Below are positions 18,232-27,936 of a stretch of 51,946 bases of DNA, in pieces. The translations under genes were made by a program, and so were the position numbers. The stretch is from Myxococcota bacterium (GTDB lineage Bacteria > Myxococcota_A > UBA796 > UBA2385), in contig JBIJDH010000039.1 in the NCBI GenBank assembly GCA_044344255.1, forward strand, positions 1 through 51,946. Reading direction: 5' to 3'. Position 1 is the first letter of the stretch, and each line of letters starts with the position of its first letter. The notes under the pieces are model-generated. The model was not told where the DNA came from, searched no databases, and saw only the letters and a list, made by a program, of their open reading frames with translations.

Positions 18232-19281
18232 ATGGATCGCATCCCCCTCCTCGGCCTCACGCCCCCTGCGCTCTGCCTCGCGCTGGGCGCCGACCTCATC
18301 ACCGAGCCGGAGGCGCGGCGGGTGCTGGCCTGGCTTGTGAGCGAGGGCCGGCCGGACCTCGAGGGCATGGCCCGCCCCGTCCACAAGGCCCTGCGCGAGC
18401 GGCTGCGGAGCCAGGCCCGCTGGGACCGCCCCGCCGTGGTGGAGCGGGTGGAGGACGAGGGCGACGGCAGCGTGCGCTACCTCTTCGCCCTCGCCGATGG
18501 CAAGAAGGTCGAGGCGGTGCGCATCCCCCTCCACAAGCCGGGCTGCTTCAGCGTCTGCCTGAGCTCCCAAGTGGGCTGCGCGATGGGCTGCGTATTCTGC
18601 GCCACCGGGCGCCTCGGCCTCGACCGCAACCTGAGCGCCCACGAGATCGTCGGCTGCTTCCTCGCCGTGCGCGACGAGGCGCCGGGGCGGGTCACCGGGG
18701 CGGTGTTCATGGGCCAGGGAGAGCCCTTCCACAATTACGACGCCGTCATCGCCGCTGCCCGGGTGCTCAGCCACCCTTGTGGCGGGCGCGTCCGGGCCGA
18801 GGGCATCAGCATCTCGACGGTGGGCCTGCTCCCGTCGCTCCAGCGTTACGCCGAGGAGGGACACCCGTATCGCCTCTTCGTCTCGCTCACCTCGGCGGTG
18901 GCCGAGAAGCGGCTCGGCCTCTTGCCGGTGGCGGGGCGGAGCGCGCTCCCCGAGCTCGCGGCCGTGCTGCGGCGGGTGGCCGAGCGCAGCGGCGACCGTG
19001 TCACCCTCGCCTGGGTGCTCATGAAGGGGATCAACAGCGGCGCCGACGAGGTGGAGGCCCTGCAGGCCCACTTCGGTGACCTGCCGATGCGGCTCAACCT
19101 CATCGACGTCAATGACGATCGCCCCGGCGGCTTCGAGCGGGCCGATGATGACGAGCGTAACGCCTTCATCGACGCCCTCCAGGTGCTGCGCGCCCCCGTC
19201 GTCCGCCGCTTCTCGGTGGGCCGCGGGCGGGCCTCGGCCTGTGGGATGCTGGCGGCCGAGCACGCGTCGGTGAGCCTATGA
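18232..19281 (+). CDS. RlmN/Cfr-family (class A) radical SAM RNA methyltransferase
   Basis: CLSSQVGCAMGCVFCATG, FMGQGEP, ISTVG, C-terminal SACGML. Confidence 0.85.
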   Translation: MDRIPLLGLTPPALCLALGADLITEPEARRVLAWLVSEGRPDLEGMARPVHKALRERLRSQARWDRPAVVERVEDEGDGSVRYLFALADGKKVEAVRIPLHKPGCFSVCLSSQVGCAMGCVFCATGRLGLDRNLSAHEIVGCFLAVRDEAPGRVTGAVFMGQGEPFHNYDAVIAAARVLSHPCGGRVRAEGISISTVGLLPSLQRYAEEGHPYRLFVSLTSAVAEKRLGLLPVAGRSALPELAAVLRRVAERSGDRVTLAWVLMKGINSGADEVEALQAHFGDLPMRLNLIDVNDDRPGGFERADDDERNAFIDALQVLRAPVVRRFSVGRGRASACGMLAAEHASVSL

Positions 19282-20096
19282 ACCGCGTCGAGGCGCGCGC
19301 GGCCCTCGCGGCGGCCTGCGCGGAAGACCGGCTCGCCCTCGACGAGGGCGCGGCCCTGCTGGCGGTGGAGGAGCTCGACGGCGGCGAGCCCGCCGGGGTC
19401 CTCACGGCGCTCGACCGCCTCGCGGCCTCGATCTTCGTCCCCCCGGGCGCCGATCTTTATGGCTTCATCGCCCGCCTCAATCACAAGCTCTTCAGCGAGC
19501 TCAAGCTCCAAGGAGACGAGGCCGAGTACGACCACCCCCGCAACTCGCTCCTGCCCTCGGTGCTCGAGCGGCGGCGGGGGCTCCCGATCCTGCTCTGCAT
19601 CGTGGTCATCGAGGTCTCGCGGCGGCTCGGCGTCGAGATCGACGGTGTCAGCTTCCCCGGGCACTTCGTCGTCAGCCCGCGGGGGGCCGATCCGCGCTTC
19701 TGGCTCGACCCCTTCAACGGCGGCGCCGTGCTGCGGGAGGAGGGCCTGCGGAGCCGCCTGCATCAGATGGCGGGGGCCCAGGACGTCGATCCCGAGGCCT
19801 GGGCCCGCTTCATCGCCCCGGTGGGCGCCGACGCCATCCTCGCGCGGGTGAACAACAACCTGAAGGGCAGCTACGCCCGCCGCGGCGACCTCGACGGCGT
19901 GCTGCGGGCGGTGGAGCGGAACCTCGTGCTGCGCCCCGATGAGCTCGATGAGCAGCGCAGCCGCGGCCTGCTGCTCGCCGAGCTCGGCCGAGTGGAGGAG
20001 GCCCGGGTCGCGCTCGAGGCCACGCTCGTCCGAGAGACCGATCCCACCCAGGAGACGCGGGTGCTGCGCTTCCTCCGCGGGATGCGGCGGCGGTAG
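19278..20096 (+). CDS. SirB1-family transglutaminase-like/TPR protein
   Basis: YDHPRNSLLPSVLERRRGLPILL, FPGHF, DPFNGG, C-terminal TPR; ATGA overlap with upstream gene. Confidence 0.85.
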   Translation: MNRVEARAALAAACAEDRLALDEGAALLAVEELDGGEPAGVLTALDRLAASIFVPPGADLYGFIARLNHKLFSELKLQGDEAEYDHPRNSLLPSVLERRRGLPILLCIVVIEVSRRLGVEIDGVSFPGHFVVSPRGADPRFWLDPFNGGAVLREEGLRSRLHQMAGAQDVDPEAWARFIAPVGADAILARVNNNLKGSYARRGDLDGVLRAVERNLVLRPDELDEQRSRGLLLAELGRVEEARVALEATLVRETDPTQETRVLRFLRGMRRR

Positions 20097-20105
20097 GGGC
20101 GCGGC

Positions 20106-21533
20106 TCAGCGGCCGGGCGCGCGGGCACAGGGGTCGCCTCCCGCGGCCCCGGGCTGGGGCTCGACCTCGGCCATGTAGCCGAGCGCCGCCAGCTTCTCAA
20201 AGGTGTCGTACGAGAGGGAGCGCGGGGCGGCGGCGTCGATGACACCGAGGTGGCCGCGCCGGGCCCGCAGCGTGGCGCCGAGGTCGGAGAGCGCGGCCTC
20301 GGACGCTGCCCCCTCCAGGCGGTGGACCTCGTGGCTCCCCTCGACGGCCCAGAGGCTCGTGAGCTGGTCGAGGGGGTTGTAGACGAGGCGGCGTGAACCG
20401 TCGGTGATCGAGAGGCAGGGCGGGCCGTAGAGGCAGTTCTCGGAGAGGCCGGTGCGGCCGGGCTGATCGGCGGGGATCTCGCGGAGGTCGGCGCCGTGGC
20501 TGGTCGAGCGCGGGAGCGCCCCGGCGGCGAGGGCCAGGGTGTGGAAGAGGTCGACGTGCTCGACGACGGTGCCCACCGGCCCCTCGGGCACGCCCGGGCC
20601 GACGAGCACGAGCGGCACCCGCGTGAGCTCGCTCCAGAGCGCGTGGCCATGCTCGAAGCCCCCCTGCTCCCAGAGCTCCTCGCCGTGGTCGGCGGTGACC
20701 GCGAGGAGGGCGCCCGCGAGGCGGCCGCGGGCCTCGAGCCCGTCCTCGAGCTGGCCGAGGCCTTGGTCGGCGGCGAGGATCTCCTCGTCGTAGAGGGCGC
20801 GGATGTAGTCCTGCACGGCGGCTTCGGGGGGCGGCGCGCCGAGCTGCAGCTTGCTGAAGGGGTTGTCCGAGCCGTCCATGCGCAGGGAGTCCGGGCGGGG
20901 CCCGGTGGTGAAGGCGCCCGCGGTCTCGGGGGGCGGCGCGTAGTCGAGGTGCGGCTCCATGAAGTGGAGGAGGGTGAAGGTGGGCCCGGGCTGGGCATCC
21001 ATCCAGGAGAGCGCCGCCTCGACGGTGGCCTTGGCGCTGCGGTGGGCCTGGTTGGTGGCGCCTGCGTAGTCGTAGCGGTCAAAACCCTGGACAAGCCCGA
21101 ATTCCGGAGCCAGGAAGGTGTTATTCACGAAGGCAGCCGTGCTGTAGCCCTGGCCCTTGAGGAGCTCGGGGAGGGTCTCGAAGTCATCCGTGAGGCAGCC
21201 GACCTGGTCGTGGCGGCGGGAGTCTCGGCCGACCCGGTGCTCGTGGAAGTAGGTGCCCGTGAGCAGGCTCGAGAAGGAGGCGAGGGTCCAGCCGGACTGG
21301 GCGTAGGCGTGGTCGAAGCGGCTGCCTTGCGCCGCGAGGGCCGCGAGGCGCGGCGTGGTGGGCCGCGGGTAGCCGTAGGCGGAGAGGTGGTCGACCCGCA
21401 GGGTGTCGATGACCACCAGCACGATGTCCCTCGGGGGGGCTGCGGGGCCCTGGGCCTCGAGCCGCCAGGCGAGCACACCCATCGAGGCCAGGGTCACCAC
21501 CCCAGCGGCCAACATCGCGTTCCGGGTTCGCAT
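20106..21533 (-). CDS. Exported sulfatase/alkaline-phosphatase superfamily protein
   Basis: N-terminal hydrophobic segment; IVLVVIDTLRVDHL, WTLASFSSLLTG, HFMEPHLDY, YDEEI, TADHGEE, EHGH; SD AGGAGG. Confidence 0.85.
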   Translation of the reverse strand: MRTRNAMLAAGVVTLASMGVLAWRLEAQGPAAPPRDIVLVVIDTLRVDHLSAYGYPRPTTPRLAALAAQGSRFDHAYAQSGWTLASFSSLLTGTYFHEHRVGRDSRRHDQVGCLTDDFETLPELLKGQGYSTAAFVNNTFLAPEFGLVQGFDRYDYAGATNQAHRSAKATVEAALSWMDAQPGPTFTLLHFMEPHLDYAPPPETAGAFTTGPRPDSLRMDGSDNPFSKLQLGAPPPEAAVQDYIRALYDEEILAADQGLGQLEDGLEARGRLAGALLAVTADHGEELWEQGGFEHGHALWSELTRVPLVLVGPGVPEGPVGTVVEHVDLFHTLALAAGALPRSTSHGADLREIPADQPGRTGLSENCLYGPPCLSITDGSRRLVYNPLDQLTSLWAVEGSHEVHRLEGAASEAALSDLGATLRARRGHLGVIDAAAPRSLSYDTFEKLAALGYMAEVEPQPGAAGGDPCARAPGR

Positions 21534-21640
21534 CGACACCCCCTCCTGCGCTAACCTGGGGGCGCGGTCGGCAGGCTGTGGCGCTCGTGGGGCTCGGGGG
21601 CTCTGGGGGGCTCCCGAGGGCTGCGGCGAAGGGAGGGATC

Positions 21641-23446
21641 TTGAGCGGCGTCTGCGGTGTGGTGCATTTTCGCGGGGAGCCCCCGGAGTCGGAGCAGGTG
21701 GCCCGGCTGTCGGCCGCCCTCGCCCACCGGGGTCCGGACGAGCGCGCGGCGTTCGTGGGCGGACCGGCCGCCCTCTCCGTGCAGTCCTTCGTGCTCGCCG
21801 GGGAGCGGCGCCGCGGGCCCGACCTCCTCGAGACCGACGACATCGTGGCCCTCATCGACGGCTCCCTCTTCGAGAAGGGGGCCGGCACCTTCGACGAGCT
21901 CTGGCGGCGCCGCGGCCCCGCCGCCCTCGACGAGCTCGACGGCGCCTTCGCCCTCGTCGTGTGGGAGCGGAAGGAGCAGGTGCTGTGGCTGGCCCGCGAT
22001 GGTGTCGGCACGCGCCCCCTGCACTGGGCGCGGTCGGGCGGGCGCTTCGCCTTCTCCTCCGAGATCCCGCCCCTGCTCGATCTCCCCTGGGTGAGCCGTA
22101 CGCTCGCCACCGACCACCTCGCCGAGTACCTCTCCTTCCGCTACCTCCACGCCCCCCGCACCCTGCTGCGCGACGTCTCCTCCGTCCCCTCCGGTCACCT
22201 CGTGCGGGTCGACGCTTCGGGCGAGCGGACGGAGCGCTGGTGGCGGCCGCGCTGGTCCGCCCCCGACGCGCCGACCCCGGACACCCGCGAGACCCTCGAC
22301 CGCATCGATCAGGCCCTCGGCCGCGCCGTGGAGCGCCGCTGCCCGCGGGGGAGCCCGGTGGCGGTGCTGCTCTCCGGTGGCCTCGACTCCAGCGCCATCC
22401 TCGCCCACGCCGCCGCGCTCAACCCGCACCCGCTCGCCTTCACCGTGGCCCTGGCCGACGACCCGGCCGACGAGAGCTCCTTCGCCGGGAGGGTCTCGAC
22501 CATGCTCGGCGCCGAGCACCACCTCTTGCGCCTCGAGCACAAGGCGGTGGTCGATGGGCTCCTCGACTGCACCGCGGCGATGGGAGCGCCCCTGCCTTCG
22601 GCGGCCTCGGTGCTCCAGCATCTGCTGTTCAAGGCGGTGACCCCGCACGCCCGCGTGATCCTCTCCGGTGACGGCGGCGATGAGGTGCTGGGCGGCCGCG
22701 GCCTCGACACCATGGCCGAGCGGATCCGGCGGGCCCGGATGCTCGGTCACGCGCCCTCGGCGATGCGTGGGGCGGTGGCCTCGGTGGTGCGGCGCTTGGG
22801 TCGGCACGATCTGGCTGCCTCCCCCGCCCACTTCGGGCGAGACCGCAGCATCGGCGGCAGCCGGGTCTTCCATTCGGCGGAGCGGGTCGATCTCCTGCGC
22901 GACCCCGGCCTCGTCCGCCCCGGCATCCGGCACACCGTGCTCGATCCCCTCTACGAGGAGGTCCACAGCGACCCGATCAACGACATCCTCCACGTCTGGC
23001 AGCGCGGCTGGTTGCCCGAAGACAGCCTCGCCCGCAGTGACCGCATGGGCGCCCACGCCGGGGCCGACATCCGCTACCCGCTGCTCGACCGCGCCTTCCT
23101 CCAGCTCTTGGCCGGGCTGCCGAGCGTGATGAAGGTGCACCCGCGGGGCCTCGGCTTCGTCACCAAGTGGCCGCTGCGGGAGCTGCTCGGCCGGCGGCTG
23201 CCGGAGCAGCTCGTCAACCGGCCGAAGCGCTCGCTCCCGAACCCGCTCTCGCAGTGGCTCCGAGGCGGCGGGGCGGAGTTCCTCCGCGAGCAGATCGAGG
23301 CCGTCTGTGAGGAGGACGCCGAGCTCTTCGTGCCCGGCACCGTGCGACGCCTGATGACCGAGCACCTCTCTGGGGCCCAGGATCACGGCCTCAAGCTGTG
23401 GACCCTGCTGCTCTTCCGCACCTGGAGGCAGAGCTCGGGGGCCTGA
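21641..23446 (+). CDS. Asparagine synthetase B-like amide ligase
   Basis: TTG start after GGAGG giving MSGVCG; HRGPD, LARDGVGTRPL, LLSGGLDSS, LSGDGGDE, RYPLLD, KWPLR. Confidence 0.85.
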   Translation: MSGVCGVVHFRGEPPESEQVARLSAALAHRGPDERAAFVGGPAALSVQSFVLAGERRRGPDLLETDDIVALIDGSLFEKGAGTFDELWRRRGPAALDELDGAFALVVWERKEQVLWLARDGVGTRPLHWARSGGRFAFSSEIPPLLDLPWVSRTLATDHLAEYLSFRYLHAPRTLLRDVSSVPSGHLVRVDASGERTERWWRPRWSAPDAPTPDTRETLDRIDQALGRAVERRCPRGSPVAVLLSGGLDSSAILAHAAALNPHPLAFTVALADDPADESSFAGRVSTMLGAEHHLLRLEHKAVVDGLLDCTAAMGAPLPSAASVLQHLLFKAVTPHARVILSGDGGDEVLGGRGLDTMAERIRRARMLGHAPSAMRGAVASVVRRLGRHDLAASPAHFGRDRSIGGSRVFHSAERVDLLRDPGLVRPGIRHTVLDPLYEEVHSDPINDILHVWQRGWLPEDSLARSDRMGAHAGADIRYPLLDRAFLQLLAGLPSVMKVHPRGLGFVTKWPLRELLGRRLPEQLVNRPKRSLPNPLSQWLRGGGAEFLREQIEAVCEEDAELFVPGTVRRLMTEHLSGAQDHGLKLWTLLLFRTWRQSSGA

Positions 23447-24109
23447 TCAGGCGGGGCCGTCCCCCTTCTCTGCGGAGCGCCCTTCGGGACCGTCGGTCGG
23501 GGCGCCGTCGGCGAGGGCCTTGCTCGGGGGATCGGGCTCGAGGCCCTCCTGGTCCTTCTGGAGGAAGAGGTAGAAGATGCCGAACATCCCGAGGCCGATC
23601 ACGATGGCGGCGTCAGCGACGTTGAAGGCCGGCCACTCTGAGGTGCCGAACCAGGCCTCGAGCTTGGCCTGCGCCGAGGGGTGGTTGGTGTAGACCCGCA
23701 AGAAGTCAGTGACCTTCTGCTTGTCCACCCGGTCAATGGCGTTGCCGATCGCGCCGCTCGTGATGAGCGCGAGGGCCGCGTTCTGGAAGCGGTCGTTGGC
23801 CGGCAGCTCGGAGAGCATCTTGAGCAGCACGAACATCGCGACGACGGTGAAGACGCCGAAGATGGCCATGGCGTAGGGCGAGCCCGCCCCGAGGCCGAAG
23901 GCGGCGCCGGGGTTCTCGGCGTGGATGAGCGAGAAGAAGCCGTCGATGACCTGGATCTCGTCCTTGTAGAGCCGCAGGTTGGAGCGGACCCAGATCTTGG
24001 TCCACTGGTCTGCGATGACCCAGACGACCGTGATGACGGTGAAGAAGCCGTACTTCCACGGAGAGTGCCGGGCCTGACTCGAATCCGGGCTGCGAGGGGC
24101 GGTGGTCAA
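23447..24109 (-). CDS. lspA: Lipoprotein signal peptidase II
   Basis: DQWTK, NPGAAFG, GNAIDR, VTDF, AFNVADAAI; TTG start is approximate. Confidence 0.93.
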   Translation of the reverse strand: MTTAPRSPDSSQARHSPWKYGFFTVITVVWVIADQWTKIWVRSNLRLYKDEIQVIDGFFSLIHAENPGAAFGLGAGSPYAMAIFGVFTVVAMFVLLKMLSELPANDRFQNAALALITSGAIGNAIDRVDKQKVTDFLRVYTNHPSAQAKLEAWFGTSEWPAFNVADAAIVIGLGMFGIFYLFLQKDQEGLEPDPPSKALADGAPTDGPEGRSAEKGDGPA

Positions 24110-24308
24110 GGGGCGTCCAGAGCGAGAGAATTCGAGGGCGAGGCCAGAGGCCGAGGGGGATCCTGGTAGCGCCGAACCGGCCTCCGAGCAACGCGCGGAG
24201 CGCTCGCCTTCATCCATCGTGTTAGCGGGGCTCCCCCCTTCGGGGCCTGCGGGGTCGCCGTGGGCGCCGCGTCGCGGGTCCGAAGCTGAAGGTTCGAAGG
24301 AGTCGGTC

Positions 24309-26036
24309 ATGTCTGGTGCATTCGCGGGCGGCGATGAGAGCGCGGTGGAGATCGAGCGGGAGTCCATGCCGGTGGACTGCCTGTTCGTCGGCGGCGGCCC
24401 CGCCTGCCTCGCCGGGGCCATCCACCTGATGAACCTCATCGCCAAGCACAACGAGACCGCGCCCGAGGACAAGCAGATCAAGGAGCCCACCATCGCCCTG
24501 ATGGACAAGGCCTCCGAGATCGGCGCCCACGGCATCTCCGGCGCCGTGATGGACCCTCGGGCCCTCGAGGAGCTCATCCCCGACTGGCGCACCCGGGACG
24601 ACTTCCCGCTCGAGCGCTGGGTGGAAGACGAAGAGATGGTCTTCCTCACCGAGAAGATGGCCCACAAGGGCCCGATGATGCCCCCTGGCATGGCCGATCA
24701 CGGCTCGCCGATCATCTCCATCGGCCGCTTCCAGAAGTGGCTGGCCGGCATCGCCGAGGAGAAGGGCGTGATGATCTTCAACGGCTTCGCCGGGGCGGAT
24801 CTCCTCTGGAACGAAGACGGCACCGCCGTCCGCGGCGTGCGCTGTGGCGACAAGGGCATCGATTCTCACGGCGAGCCCAAGGACAACTTCGAGGCTGGCT
24901 ACGACCTCGAGAGCCCCGTCACGATCCTCGGGGAGGGCCCCCGCGGTCACCTCGCGCGGAAGCTGATGGTCAAGGCGGGCCTCACGAAGGACTGCCAGCC
25001 GATGGCCTATGAGATCGGCGTCAAGGAGGTGCTCGAGCTGCCGCCGGGCACCGTGAAGAAGGGCGAGGTGACGCTCACCATGGGCTACCCGCTGGGCTTC
25101 GAGACCTTCGGCGGCGCCTTCCTCTACACGCTGGGCGGAGACCGCATCGCCATCGGCCTCCTGGTCGGCCTCAACGCCAAAGACCCGGCGATGGACGCGC
25201 ACTATCTCCTTCAGAAGCTGAAGATGCACCCCTACATCGCCAAGAAGCTGAAGGGCGGCAAGGTGATCCGCTACGGCGCCAAGACGGTGACCACCGGCGG
25301 CTGGGCCAGCATCCCCAAGCTGTACGCGAACGGCGCGATGATCGTCGGAGACTCGGCGAGCTTCCTCAACCCGATGCGCATCAAGGGCATCCACCTCTCG
25401 ATGAAGAGCGGGATGCTGGCCGCGGAGGCCGCCTTCGAGGCCATGAAGAAGGGCGACGCCTCCGAGGCGGTGCTCAAGACCTACAAGGAGCGCCTCGACG
25501 CCTCCTGGGTCAAGACCGAGATGGAGCCGGCCAAGAACTTCCACCAGGTCTTTGAGAACGGCCTCCTGGGCGGCCTCTTCAAGGCCGGCCTCCAGATGGT
25601 CTTCGGCCCGGGCAAGGACGTCATCCCCTTCAAGCCCGATTACGCCTACATGCAGCGTACGAGCGCCATCCACGGCTCGAAGGGCTACCCCGAGCGCAGC
25701 GACATCCCCTACGACAACGTCTACCTGGTCGACAAGCTCACCGACGTCTACCTGTCGGGCACCAAGCACGACGAGCACCAGCCCTGCCACCTGCTCGTGC
25801 AGGACACCGAGATCTGCGCCACGCGCTGCGTCGAGGAGTTCGGCAACCCCTGCGAGCGCTTCTGTCCGGCCCAGGTCTACAACATGGTGTTCAACGAGGA
25901 GCGGCAGCGGAAAGAGCTCCGCGTCGACTTCTCGAACTGCGTCCACTGTAAGACCTGCGACATCCGCGACCCCTACCAGATCATCACCTGGGTGCCGCCG
26001 CAGGGCGGAGAGGGTCCGGAGTACGGCATCCTCTGA
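24309..26036 (+). CDS. Electron transfer flavoprotein:quinone oxidoreductase (ETF-QO)
   Basis: VGGGPA FAD motif, ISGAVMDPRAL, KGIHLSMKSG, C-terminal Fe-S region CERFCPAQVY...NCVHCKTCDI; SD AAGGAG. Confidence 0.93.
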   Translation: MSGAFAGGDESAVEIERESMPVDCLFVGGGPACLAGAIHLMNLIAKHNETAPEDKQIKEPTIALMDKASEIGAHGISGAVMDPRALEELIPDWRTRDDFPLERWVEDEEMVFLTEKMAHKGPMMPPGMADHGSPIISIGRFQKWLAGIAEEKGVMIFNGFAGADLLWNEDGTAVRGVRCGDKGIDSHGEPKDNFEAGYDLESPVTILGEGPRGHLARKLMVKAGLTKDCQPMAYEIGVKEVLELPPGTVKKGEVTLTMGYPLGFETFGGAFLYTLGGDRIAIGLLVGLNAKDPAMDAHYLLQKLKMHPYIAKKLKGGKVIRYGAKTVTTGGWASIPKLYANGAMIVGDSASFLNPMRIKGIHLSMKSGMLAAEAAFEAMKKGDASEAVLKTYKERLDASWVKTEMEPAKNFHQVFENGLLGGLFKAGLQMVFGPGKDVIPFKPDYAYMQRTSAIHGSKGYPERSDIPYDNVYLVDKLTDVYLSGTKHDEHQPCHLLVQDTEICATRCVEEFGNPCERFCPAQVYNMVFNEERQRKELRVDFSNCVHCKTCDIRDPYQIITWVPPQGGEGPEYGIL

Positions 26037-26109
26037 GCCGCGCCGCTGGGGGTCGGGCCCGAGGGCGCCGCTCCGGGATACCATCGGGGGCTGAGCGCCC
26101 GCCCGCCCC

Positions 26110-27936
26110 TTGACCCCGGCCCCACCCTCGCCCGCCGCCGCCGCGCCTCCCCAGGCGGAGCGCCCGCGCGTGGCGGAGCGCCCGCGGCTGGCTCTGGCCT
26201 GGCGGATCTTCGAGGAGCTGGCGCCGCTCCTCTTCTTGGGCGCGCTCCTGTGGATGGCCTGGCCCCGCGGCGGGATCGTGCCGGGCCTGGAGTCGGCGCC
26301 GCCGCCCTGGTGGGGCGGGCCGCGGGATCGCCTGCTCGACGGGCCGGACGCCGGGGAGTGGGCGCGGAACGCCAACCTCGTGCACGCCGGGCGGTGGACG
26401 GAGCTCGACCACCACCGCCTCCCGAGCTGGCTCCTCCTCCTGTCCGTCTCGATGGAGCTCATCCCCGATGTCGCCCTGGCCGGGCACCTCGGGAATCGGC
26501 TGCTGCTCGTGCTCCTCACCCTGTCCGTCTACGGGATCGGCCGCCTCGGCGGGAGCCGCTCGGTGGGGCTGTTGGCGGCGGGCCTCGCGCTCTCGACCGA
26601 GCACCTCTGCCTGTCCTCGCAGCGCTTCGGCGTCGACATCGTGGTGGCGAGCCTCTTGCCGGCGGGCTTCTTCTTCTGCCTCGTGGCGACGCGGGTGTGG
26701 TGGTTGGCCCTGCCGGCGGGCCTGTTCATGGGCTTCACGATGGGCGTGCACTACACGACCCTCCCCTACGCGCTGCCGATGCTCGTGCTGATGGCGCTGG
26801 CCGCCGGGCCGGGGCCGTGGAAGAAGCTCGGCGCCGTGCTGCTCTACGCGGCCGGGGTGGCCCTCGCGGTGCGCGGGCTGCTGTTCGTTTACCCGGTGCC
26901 GAACCTCGACCGCTTCGTCGAGGACATCGCCAACGGCATCGCCCCCGGCTACCGCGGTGGCGGGGCGGTGGGCTCGGTGGACGACTCGCTCGCCAAGCTG
27001 AAGAGCGGCATGGTAGGCGCCATCGACCGCTCTGTGGCGACGGCGGTGGGCTACATCGAGGTCCCGATGATGCGGGCCCTCTTCACGCGCTGGTCGCCCA
27101 CCGCGGCCTGGCTCGGGGTCTTCGGCGTCGGGCTCGGGGCGCTGTGCGCGCCCTTGGTGGGCGCCTTCTGGGTGAAACGAGGCGGCTGGCGACGGCTGAC
27201 CGACCTCTCAATCGGCTTGCCGTTGTTGCTCTGCCTCGCGCCCCTGCCGGTGCTGGCCGCGGCGGGGGCACCGGCCCGCTACGCGAGCAACCTGCTGCCC
27301 TTCGTGGCCCTGCTCGTCGCCCGCGGGCTGCTGGGGCCGCTCGGTCTGGTCGAGGCGCTGGTCGCGCGGCGCTTGGAGGCGCGCCCGCTCCATGTCCGAG
27401 GCCGGCGCCTCCGCTGGCCGTCGGGCCTGTTGACGCTGGCCCTGGCGCTCCCGTGTATTGGCAGCGCCTGGGAGGCCCGGGCCTGGCTGCGGAACGCCCC
27501 TCACCTGAGCGATGACGAGATCGGGACCATCCTCGTCGCCGAGGCCCTGCGCAGCACCTTCCCCGAGGGTACGGCGGTGGCCTGCCCCCTCCGCGAGTCG
27601 GTGTTCATGGCCGGGATGCGCTACTGCCCCGATCGGATCTGCCCGACCCAAGCCAACGAGGCCGCCTACCGTCAGTGCCTCACCATCCTCGACCAGGAGT
27701 GCAGCGGGGACGCGCCGATCGGCTACGTCGCGAGCTCGGCCAAGCAGCTCTACGATCCGAACGCCACTGCCCGCCCGCAGATGGACGCCTGGGTGGACGC
27801 GCAGTGGCCGCCGGCGACGACGGTGACCTGGAAGGCCTTCTCGGCGAGCGTCTACGCGATCCCCCGCTCGGCGGTGCCGGAGGGCGCGCGGATGCCCGCT
27901 TGGGGCAGCACCATGCCTCTGCCGGCCGGTCCGTGA
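26110..27936 (+). CDS. Polytopic membrane protein, probable GT-C (ArnT/PMT-like) glycosyltransferase
   Basis: Many hydrophobic helices, acidic first loop (DGPDAGEW), late ARYASNLLP motif, Cys-rich C-terminal soluble domain. Confidence 0.55.
   Translation: MTPAPPSPAAAAPPQAERPRVAERPRLALAWRIFEELAPLLFLGALLWMAWPRGGIVPGLESAPPPWWGGPRDRLLDGPDAGEWARNANLVHAGRWTELDHHRLPSWLLLLSVSMELIPDVALAGHLGNRLLLVLLTLSVYGIGRLGGSRSVGLLAAGLALSTEHLCLSSQRFGVDIVVASLLPAGFFFCLVATRVWWLALPAGLFMGFTMGVHYTTLPYALPMLVLMALAAGPGPWKKLGAVLLYAAGVALAVRGLLFVYPVPNLDRFVEDIANGIAPGYRGGGAVGSVDDSLAKLKSGMVGAIDRSVATAVGYIEVPMMRALFTRWSPTAAWLGVFGVGLGALCAPLVGAFWVKRGGWRRLTDLSIGLPLLLCLAPLPVLAAAGAPARYASNLLPFVALLVARGLLGPLGLVEALVARRLEARPLHVRGRRLRWPSGLLTLALALPCIGSAWEARAWLRNAPHLSDDEIGTILVAEALRSTFPEGTAVACPLRESVFMAGMRYCPDRICPTQANEAAYRQCLTILDQECSGDAPIGYVASSAKQLYDPNATARPQMDAWVDAQWPPATTVTWKAFSASVYAIPRSAVPEGARMPAWGSTMPLPAGP

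Noticed and set aside
21641..23446. Lasso peptide gene cluster
   Set aside because: No precursor, B1/B2 peptidase or exporter nearby; the SirB1-like gene is a different family.
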